A stretch of DNA of 62,916 bases, filler included, from Sluysia triapertura (Eukaryota): the NCBI GenBank assembly GCA_046118255.1. It is 4 parts of 4 records of this genome, joined end to end, with 100 filler letters (N's around TTAATTAATTAA, not from the genome) between each part and the next. Parts side by side here need not be neighbours in the genome. Positions count along the whole stretch, not along the records: positions 47,247 to 62,916 come from JBJNIA010222132.1; 3 more parts are not named here. One strand, 5' to 3'. This document shows, in pieces, positions 52,399 through 62,916 of this stretch; the stretch's first letter is position 1; the number at the start of each line of letters is the position of its first letter. The notes under the pieces were generated by a model. That model did not search any database. It was not told where the DNA came from and saw only the letters and a list, made by a program, of their open reading frames with translations. The translations under genes and the position numbers were made by a program.

Positions 52399-55300
52399 TG
52401 TAACAAACTGTTGCATGTTTAAGTGAAATGCTTAAGATGATAAATTGTGACAATTACCTAACATATTTTAAAACTAAATGTTCATAATTATTTACGAAGA
52501 ATTAGGGTTTTTGATAAGTCGATAAAAAGAATTTTTGAAATCTAAAGTTTTAATAAATAATAAAAAATTCCATCTCTATAATCAAAGACGAATTCATATA
52601 AAAGACTATTTGTAAATCGCTCTAATTAATCGTATAGATGGTACGAGTTGAGGGCGTTCAAAATGATTTTTATTATTAGTGATTAATAACAAATTAGTAC
52701 GTTGTGGTTTTGATAATTTAATGCCTACCTCTATACTTTTGTTTTGAATGAGTTTGAAGAAAAAGTTTAATGTCTTACAGATAGTTCTATTGCTAAACTT
52801 TGAAAGAATTATGTATAAAGTTATATAATAGTTCGTTAAAACTTTTCTTTTTAAATTCAAATACTGGGGCTTCTCAGTTTTTAGATTTTTAAGTAATTTG
52901 TTATCTTTCATATCACTACATATTACATTGTTAAACGAAATTTTAGAATTGTTAGAGAACTTATTATCAAAAATCTTCAGAAAATTTAATAAAATAATAA
53001 AATTAATTTGTTATTTATTAGGAACGAAACAATTTTACTGATAATACTACGAAAATATATTTAATTTAATATATTTAACTTAATATATTTAGTTTCATAT
53101 GAGTAAAATATTTTTCAACATCGAAATTTTTGCTTGTAGACCTTGTTATTTTCCTATACCCACTGCGAATTGAACCACAAGATTGCGTTTCACGGATCCA
53201 AGTAACTAAAATAACAGTTAATGTATAAATAAATTCAAAACTAACATTGTAAAAATTGATTTTATAACAAATTTTATTAACAGTCGCTAGTAGAGATTCG
53301 TACCTTGTTTCATTGTTTGATAGTCTGCAGGTTGCTGAGATGAACGTATTGTCGAAATTTAAGTTGACTACAGAATTTTAACAATATCTCCCTGAACTTA
53401 GCAAAAATAGGCTGTAAATAAGAACATTGTCCCGAAACCAGATCATCGGAATAATCTTTTACTGGTGAAGGAACATCTACTTTGATTCTTGAACCAATTC
53501 AATTGATACAGTCGGATGAATCCATTCTATTTATCTTATTATTTACTTCTATATTTTCTAGATCAATCTTTTCAACCTTGAAATATTCCATTTCCATTCC
53601 GAATTTTGATTGACTAATACTGAGTAAGGAACAAAAACTTCGTCGTCTATTAAAATAAAAAATGTGTGCTTCTTGAAATCTGATGCCTTTACTTAGTAGA
53701 TTATCATATTCCAGTGATGTCAATGAAGGCAAAAATTGATTTTTTTAGTTTCTAATAAAATGTTTCGCTTAAAACGCTCTTTAGATTTTGAAGATAAAAC
53801 AGAATTGAGGATGGTTTTTTGTTGATATGACTTTAAATTTTGTCGTGACTCTTGCTTAGAGTTTTCGTTTATACATGAAGTAATTGCAATTCTATCGTCA
53901 GTATCACGACTTGACAAATCTTCAGCATGAAACGAGCTAACCAAAATTTACGAAGTTGAACCTAGTTCAAAATTTCGATATAATGAACTACGAATCGAAA
54001 CATTTTTCATTAGCACTTGATCAACGAAAAGTTGACTATTCTCAAGAAATTCATCATCAGTATACTGTGGGTCATTTTTGTCTACAGTTAGTAGTTTATC
54101 GAATTTAAATGAAACTGATTTATTTAAGTTGTCAGTACTTGATTTTAAGTGTCTTGGTTGGATACGCATTGTATCACCCATATAAATAAATTGAGAGTGA
54201 ATGAACACATCTTTATAAACTAATTCAGACGTTTTGTAATCATATACTTTGCCATGAAACGACCCCCTTTTAGGATCCATATAGTTAGGCACAAAAGGGG
54301 TTCTAATTAACGGTTTCGCATTTTTGCCACAATCGAAAGGTGCGTCATTGTCTACAAGTGAAGAATTATTTCCGTCTGTTCCGTGACTAAATATACTGTA
54401 ATCATTGTGATTCATTTTCTTCATTCGGTGATTTGGCACTAATTTTTTTCATTAAATGACGTTGAAGTAAACGTTTCTTCGGATTCATATCTAATGTTAA
54501 ATGTTCTCTTTTAGAAATTGGGATCTTTTTAACATCTGATGATTCACTTGATTGTAGTAGCGTAGTGAGAATTGAACTTTCTGAATTTGAAACTGATGAT
54601 ATTGATGAAATAGCCAACTTTGATGTTTTATTAATATCCATTTGATTACGTTGCGTTTTTTTTGATTTAAAGGTTCAAATAATAAATTTAGATCTCCGTA
54701 TCTCTGTTGCTCATAACAGTTTTTTAATATTATTTTTGTAATTTCAATTATTCTATTTTTGCCTGCCCAAACAGAATGTTAACTAGTAAGTATTCAGTAT
54801 TAAGTATTCTGATTGGGTGATGTTTTATAAGTTTAATTTAGTATGAAAATGAGGAACAACTGATGACTGACCATCATCAGGGCTGACAGTCTAATGAGAA
54901 ATGTGACATAGACTGTCAACAGTGGTTTATCGTCAAATGGTAAGAATTTTTATTTTTNNNNNNNNNNNNNNNNNNNNNNNNNNNNNNNNNNNNNNNNNNN
55001 NNNNNNNNNNNNNNNNNNNNNNNNNNNNNNNNNNNNNNNNNNNNNNNNNNNNNNNNNNNNNNNNNNNNNNNNNNNNNNNNNNNNNNNNNNNNNNNNNNNN
55101 NNNNNNNTCTTCAAGACTTTACATGATCTGTTCTTTTGAATTCTTTAATTTCTGACATATAAAGTAGAAAGAGTAAAAGGTAAAGTGGTATGCTGAACTT
55201 GACTTGTATTATTGTTTTATAGAAAAATGATGACTTTTTAAAGACTTTATTATGTTTACTTATGAAGATAAAAGAAATGATTTGAGTTGTGTTTGGAACA

Positions 55301-55905
55301 ACGAATGTTAGAATAAATTACTGAAATTTATTAAAAATTTGTGTTTGAAAATAAGATTTATGCCTTGAATATAATAGTTTGAGATGCTTATTGAAAGGTT
55401 GTAGTCTACTTGATTTTACAAGATGATTACAAAATAAATCCTAGATATTTGTAGTGTGGTTAAAATGAATATTGACAATGAACATGTATAAATGAAGTAG
55501 GTTTAGTTTGGTGTAGTTGATTAGAGGTTTTAATGTGAATGTTTTCTATGTCTGAGGTATTTGTTAACCTTGTTAAATGGTATTATTGTATTTATGATTT
55601 GTGTATTATATATTTTGGTTGTGGATTGTTTGATGAAATAGTTTTTGAGTGAATGTTGTAGATTATTCTGGAATACTTATCAAGGTAAGGTGTGGAGTGG
55701 GTGATTGAGTGTTGATCGAGTTGTTGATATATATGAGTTGTTAAGGTATTATGAATGTGGAGCGTTGTTTATGATGATTGAGTTGATGTAATTCGATAGT
55801 AAGAAGTGTGATTGTTTTGGAAATTATGTTTTAGTAAAAGTTTGAGTTATGGATGTTGAGTGTAATGTTTTAATAAATTTTAAGTTGTGAGTTTTGGCCA
55901 CTACA
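52399..55905 (-). mobile_element. Gene-carrying element member (spans a 150-N gap; degenerate TSD CTAAC/CTGAT)
   Basis: Right end TTTTGGCCACTACA; G/T-rich leader; hairpins at 54766-54817 and 54870-54926. Left end TGTAACAAAC...ATGTTTAAGT shares ATGTTTAAGT with the 13080 end. Confidence 0.55.
53250..54641 (-). pseudogene. Decayed intronless cargo ORF chain, unknown family
   Basis: ATG at 54641, ~125 bp after the hairpins; ORFs 54402..54641, 53948..54439, 53720..53944 and 53499..53732 in shifting frames. Confidence 0.55.
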
Positions 55906-58579
55906 CTGATAAATGAATTTGAAAATTCTCCAAAATTATACATATAGTAGTAGGGCTGGAGTGGAATTTAAAAGAAATTAAGAAAAACCCGTATAAGTAT
56001 GTCATGAAATATGTCCAGTGGACTGTAATAAAAAAATAAAACTTTTCAATAAAAAAAATAATTTTATATTGATAATTCCCAAAATTTAAAAACAAATCAT
56101 CAAATAATGATACATTAAACTTCAACTTGAAATACTTTCATAAGCGTTTCAGCATCTCGACTAAATATACTAAGATCCAATTCAGGTCTATTTAATTTAT
56201 AATTTGCCAAACGAATCAGACTCCATATAGGGTCAGAATTTGCACTAGATTTGCTTGTATTTGTAAAAAAATATTCTAAATTAAAAATAAAATGCACAAA
56301 TATACACTAAAATTTAGATAAATTTCGAACAAAGTTAAATATATTTAGTATAAATGAAGAATCAATTAAAAACTTTGCTATTCAATAAAATACAATACAA
56401 ATGAGAATAAATAGTTAACTGTGTCTACTACTTAACTAGTCTAAATATGCTCTTCTCGTACTCTATGACTAGAATACTTTTTTTTACATTATTTGAGTTC
56501 AGAAACTACGCAATATTTATTAAAATATTATTATAAATAAAAATATGTTGCTGACAAAGTTCATGCACGTGCATATTCATTCAGTTCATGTTATGTTCAA
56601 TAATAGGTGTTGATGACTCTTGCATTGTTTCAAGATAATACAAAACCGCATAATAATAATAATATTGATAAGAACAATAATATTGATAACATGTGAGGAA
56701 AATAAAAATGTGGATAAAATAAACACACATACATAAAAACGAACAGGAAGAGCGCGATAGAGGAAAACATTGTGACAACAATAAAACTTATTATGACAAC
56801 AATTATATAACAGATTAATATGATTATGTTGATAGTATTATTTTTGTGGTAGTAATTGTGATAATAATAAATGTAAGTTTACGGCAATTATAAATTATGT
56901 TTATGCTTTGAATGTATCAAGTAACTTGTATAGCATTTTATTTATGTAAGGAGTGTTGATATGTGATAAAATGTGCTTGTGATGTGTAGATTTAGAGTTC
57001 ATTACTAATAATTTGGACAAAGTTAATGTAAAAGTGCTACGTTGGTGAATAATATATTCTAGATGTCCAATTTATCTATATCGGACCATATGTTATGTTC
57101 AAGTGCTACCTTTGGATTTTGTTGTTAAATGGAACCTGCTCTTGAACTTAAAATACCAAAAATAAACAGACGCCAAGGCACAATATAATAATATAAAAGT
57201 ACAATACTAGTGTTATTTTAAAATTTCTTTTATTTAATTGGTAAAAATTATTTTATTTTATTTTGTCTGAAAGTTGGAGTGGCACTCGCCTCTAGTGTAT
57301 GAGATGGAAGTGCTTATTTGTAATACTAAAATTTTTAAATCTGAACTCTTTAATATTCTCAGAGTAATAAGGTAAACAGGAAACCTAAAATTTATTAATT
57401 AAATACAATTACTGGTAACAATTACTAAAATGATAGTTAAAATTAAAAAATACAACCATGAGTAATTATAATTAAGGTTGTTGAAATTATTTTTATTTTA
57501 TGGAGGGATATTATGTATATATTGCCTCTTTACACATTACTACAACATCAATGTTCGTTTTTAATCAATCGTAGATATGCCGCAAATTTGGAATCAAAAA
57601 GTAAACTTTTATTCTCATTATTATTGTTTATACGTTGTGAAGAAATTTTGTTCAATATATATCTTGTTTTAAAAAGACATCACTATTTGTAAAATACATT
57701 TTTATACGGAACTTTTGCTTAATATTTATTTAGTTTTTTACGTATTGTTAATTTACAGAGAAGTACACCTAAATTACTTTTAAGACAGAATTCAGATTAG
57801 AAATTTTAAAGGTGTTCAAGAGATAGTAAAAAATTTACGCCTCCGATTAAAGATTAAGAAACCATTAATACCTACAGATACATCTTCGACAAATATAAAT
57901 CGTAGACTGTGGACGAACCCTAACGTTATATATTTGTCAAGTAAAATAAACACTAGAACTAATAATAATAGTAATTTAAGGGTCTGCAATAATAAACAAA
58001 TTAGAAAAATTAGAAGACACAGTATTTTTCACTATACATATTTTCACGATATATATTGGATTTAAAATCCATTAATAAAATAAAAATAAAATTAAATCAA
58101 GAAAAAGTTTAGTTTAATAATCTTACTTAATTATGCGCAAAAGAAATAAATTTATTAATTAGAGATTTAAAATTATTCCGATTGATTCTACTGATAAATA
58201 TTTATTAAGGGAGTTAGTCATAATCAAACTCTCTTAAAATATTATAAAATAGTTTTATAGTGATTTAGAAAAGAAACTTCTCATGCTTCATAATTATAAA
58301 GTCATTATATAATGTGGCCTAGTTTAGAAATAGACTCTATTTGATTATTTAATAGGTTGTAGATATATCCACATTCCGTAATAAGGAGTGGATTACAATC
58401 CAAAATTAATATACATTTAATATACTTTCNNNNNNNNNNNNNNNNNNNNNNNNNNNNNNNNNNNNNNNNNNNNNNNNNNNNNNNNNNNNNNNNNNNNNNN
58501 NNNNNNNNNNNNNNNNNNNNNNNNNNNNNNNNNNNNNNNNNNNNNNNNNNNNNNNNNATAATACTAAATTATATTTTAA

Positions 58580-58925
58580 TTAGGGCATAACGCACAGCAA
58601 CAGAATTAATATTTTATTAACAAAGGGCGAAATGTGCAGTAACAAATAAATTTTTATTTTTCAAGTAAAGGAATAATAGTAACAAAAATATTATTATGCG
58701 GACATAATCCCCAATTAGTATAAATAGTGTATTAAACACGCTATATAACACGCAACACAAAGATACATCTTACGATTCCTTGGTTGTGAAGTTCAAACAA
58801 ATCTTGGTAATTTATCGTAATACATTCATAGGTTATCGACATTTAATTATTGATTCTATTCGATTGTTATTAATATGCGTTGGCATTCCCTGGTAATCTA
58901 AACGTTCCAGCATTCAAGCAATCTT
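58580..58925 (-). mobile_element. Possible Mutator-like (MULE) remnant
   Basis: Minus-strand ECWNV.../MPTHINNNRIES weakly resembles the MULE WNV...PRTNN..E motif; GGGCGAAATGTGC-like repeats nearby. Confidence 0.25.
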
Positions 58926-59844
58926 TTAATATTGTATCAAATCATTGTCATCGTAAGTTATATTTTAGTAGGATTTTTTCCTTAAATAAGTTAAAATCTT
59001 TTTTAATATTTTACTAGTATAAGAACTAGTATTAAAATCATCAATTTAATTAGAGAAATTTGAATGAATATTTTGCATATTATTTTACATACTGTCTATA
59101 TTTGTCATAACTTATTGTAATTTAATTATTTGTAAAAGTAGACTTTTGAGTATATTTTTCGGTTTCCTTTTAGTTAATTTAAAAAATTATCGAGTACAAT
59201 TGAGATATAAATGAATAGAAAAAGGCTCAAGTATTATTTAAGCTCAAGTAAAGAATTTGTTTTGAATACATATATTTTTAGAGTAAGGAACTTGCATGTA
59301 CAGTGATCATCAGCTAATAAGTACCCTCAAATTAAGATTAGTATTAGTACTTAAAGTAATACATCAATTTGAAACAAAAATCATACGTTTTCTTCGTGGA
59401 CATAAACCGTTGATTATAGGTAAACGCAGAAAGTTTATTATTTTGTAAGGTATTTTCATTAGAGTATGATCTTTTGCACGAATTTCTAATGTTTAAAGTC
59501 CAATCATAGACTTATATAAATGACTACTTCATCTTCCAATATCTGCGAGAGCGTTAATTTTCATAAAAACAACCTCTATGATTTTATACGAATTATTCAT
59601 TAATAATGGCATAATAATAACAATGAATAATTTTATTAATAAATTTTATGTATTGTATAAGTGCTATACTCCGCAACTACAAAAAGCTGATATAAATGAA
59701 CTAGTGTAAAATGAATATGAATCAGAATTTGCTACGTCTTTTTACTGATAATAAATTGGAAAATAAAAAGAATGAGATTTTGTACAGCTACGACGCCATA
59801 GTTTTTAGTAGCTCGTAGATAATTTTAAAACGTTCAAAAGATAG

Positions 59845-59903
<59 letters not shown>

Positions 59904-60399
59904 GAAAATTATATAAAAAGTACTTGAAACTATTGAACTTTATTAAATACAAAGTTTAAAACATAAAAAACAAACCTATATTTTCATCTTCATTATTCGT
60001 TAATGACTTGTTTGAGACAAGATGTTGCAAATTGTACGCTATCAAAGCATATCGAATACAATCTCTGTGATATAAAAGATTATTTTAAAAAAAATTTAAA
60101 TAACAAGTTGGTGGAGTTAAAGATTTAAAATTTTATATTTTAAAAGTTACAGAGAAACGATTGTATGAAAAAGAAAAATAGAAGATAAAATTAAAATCAG
60201 TTTTAACAATAAAAATAGTAAGATAACATAAAAAATAAAGAAATTAAGTTAAAAACAGAAAAAGGCAATGTTAGAACATCAAATCATTTAATCTGAAAGA
60301 GTTTTATTGTTAAGTTAGCGTTAAGCCCAAAAAGAACTATTTAACAAAATTCGGTTCTTACGATCAAGTAAATTATTAGATAAATTAAATTTATTTTTC

Positions 60400-62385
60400 A
60401 AAGAACTCATCTTATGTCTTACTCGAAAGTCTAAAATTTTTCTTCTGCTTGCATAAATTTTTGATACCGAAATTTCTTTTTATATTATAAAATGACTTTC
60501 ATTCACAACGAAGAAAATTATTTTACAAATATAAATTTATAAATTGGTGATCATGCCATATAAACAGTAAGCAATAACGGATTCATTATTTACATTATTT
60601 AAGTTATAATAACCTTTAATTTTGTGTGAAAAACGTTAATAATTTGTTGCATGATTTAATAAATAAGTATATAATCAAATTCAGGTTTCTATATAAATTC
60701 CAAAACCCGAATGTAACTAAAAATCTAATATTAAATTTGTCAGCCGAGTAAGTAATCTAAGAAATGAAGCTCGATTTCAGTTACTGAAAGTTCCTTTTAA
60801 AAATAAAATATCTGCAATACTCTTGGAAATGCTTTTCTTATTGCATTGAATCGCAAATTTATTTTTAGATATTAATTTAATCATCGTTGCTTCAAGCCAT
60901 TACTATTTCTATTTTGTTAAATCATAGTCATTAATCTCTTTATTTGTACTTCGTATGCCTTTATACTTTGACAATTACATTAATTATTTCGTGACATACG
61001 AAAATTTTTCAGTTTTTCAATTTCAGATACTGCTGATACACAAACAATTTCTTGCTTTAACCAACGAGAAATTCTACTCAGTTCATAATTTTTATTACTG
61101 GTTCTAGAAACATTCAATTTCGATCAAAATTTTATATTATTACAATTTTCTGCTAATTAATACTTTTCTTTTAATTAGCAATTCAGAAAATGATTTTGTA
61201 TTGACATTTTCAGGAGCTGATATAATACTGTTGACATAAAATACGACCTATTTATTTCCAATCTCATCAATTATCACATTTGTTCGCCTCAACTATCTCT
61301 ATGCTTTCAAACATTTTTTATTTTAGTGAAATATTTTCTGGATCTTTACATATTGACACAAATTTTAGAATAACAGTTTTTTTCTCTGCTATAAGGAAAA
61401 TATTACATCGCTGCTTTTTCGTGCTGCATCGTTCATTCAATATCCTTTTCATAATTTCTGACATAATCAGAAGGATGTATTAAAGTCAAATTCCATACAA
61501 GTTAAAGATATTTATTTACCATTAATTACATAAGATTGATAAAATCACAGATATATGATAGATCTAACAATGCAATTTTTGAACTTTTGCATCGCAATTC
61601 TCATAATTTTTGTCTGCATATATCAGATGAACCACTATTTACGTTCAACGATTTAAATCAAATACTAGACTTATTTTATCTTCGTTTTGCTGCACAATTC
61701 GTTTATCCACAAACCCAATACCCCATAATCACTTTATCTTTAACTTTCTCTTTTAACTTTCAACAGAGGTTTGGTAATATTCTGGAGCTTCAGTTTTCCT
61801 AACCCACTTTAAATTAAATGTAACCTCGAAATTGTTTCCTTATTTCAGTATTAGCCACACCTGAACTCTCGACTTTTTTTGGTTTTGTAGCACTCCAGTT
61901 TTTGACATGAATATGTAATAGTCCGATTACAAATCCAAATAATCGAATGGAATATTTGATTTAATTTGAGTCTACAATATTTTTATCAAAACGAATCGTA
62001 CTTCAATATAAAATTTACCTATTGCATATATTTCTAATAATAATAAAAAACATTCAAACACAAATCATAGTCTTTGATATGCCAACTGCTACTTTAGAAC
62101 TACCTGGTCACTGTTATAAAGTATTATTATTTCGAACCATATACTGTTTTCTAATTATTTACTAATTAAAATGCAATAGTAAGTGACATTTGACTTTTAC
62201 GTAGCAATTGAGCTTATTTTCTTCTTTTCAGCACAAGAAAATTTAGTCGGATCCTTGTTTTTAACAACTAAAACAAATATATTCTTGTTTTCGATAACTA
62301 AAATAAATAGTAATTCTATATGGTTTATTAAGACGATTATCATTCCCCTGTTTAATGTCAACATCTTATTTATAAGCAGCATCAT
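60400..62385 (-). pseudogene. Long decayed intronless coding-like region, unknown family
   Basis: Minus-strand frames read as K/E/N-rich protein broken by stops, starting near ORF 62197..62385; no domain recognised. Confidence 0.3.
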
Positions 62386-62916
62386 TGACAGTTGCTAACA
62401 CTCCTACTATATTCATGACCTATTGTCATAATTAACATATTTACATATTGCTTCCATACTTCAACCAAATCTATAGATTCTAAACAAGTTCAAAAATATG
62501 AATTTTAGTAAAAATTCAATGTTAAAAGAAAAACTCATTATTTACAAATAATCATTAAACAATATAATTTTGTAACCAATTTTTAACGTATTAGTTTTGA
62601 CAAATATATTATAATAAACCAAGTAAACCTAAATTGATTTCAAATTATTTGAATTTCAATGAAATTGAAATGTTCTAAACAGTTATATTGCATTAATCTT
62701 TCTTGAACTATAAAAGAGCAAATTGTCGAATTAAGTCAAATCACTAACTTAATGTGTATAAACAACAAGGTTAACTATATATTGTGTCTAATAGGCAACA
62801 GAGAGAGAAAAAAATAATTATTACCGAAGTAAATTATACAATTAAATTTTTATAAAACTATACCTTTATAAAATATCCAAGTTAATGCTAGTAAATTCTT
62901 TAAGTAAAAACTTAAA

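Noticed and set aside
56546-56780. Candidate solo LTR TGTTG...CAACA
   Set aside because: No convincing TSD and no second copy in the window.

Overview
Very AT-rich eukaryotic (metazoan) genomic scaffold with five assembly gaps, three of which contain an artificial TTAATTAATTAA linker. I can support only one apparently live host gene: three spliced exons of a Patj/MPDZ multi-PDZ gene (44696-47058, +). Most of the rest is decayed mobile DNA: a Ty3/Gypsy RT-RNaseH remnant, several NeSL/Utopia-type RLE non-LTR fragments (one with a Ulp1-like protease), a pogo/Tigger element with both TIRs, a piggyBac-type micro-MITE, a probable Penelope remnant and a fold-back repeat present at two loci. The most interesting signal is a family of non-autonomous, gene-carrying elements. 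They have a shared TGT(G/A)GTGGCCAA-type terminus, TG...CA-type ends, perfect 5-bp target-site duplications in three copies, a strand-biased leader and a conserved pair of hairpins just upstream of the cargo. The cargo is intronless, decayed and different in each copy; recognisable host-gene pieces in or next to family members include PRIM1, ARIH2 plus a DEAD-box helicase, JIP3/UNC-16 and eIF4G-MIF4G. One copy splits a NeSL reading frame that is restored in frame when the copy and one TSD are removed. A second small family (~160 bp, TG...CA) carries a whole tRNA-Cys-like Pol III unit. All translations and alignments were done by eye; no database searches were run.
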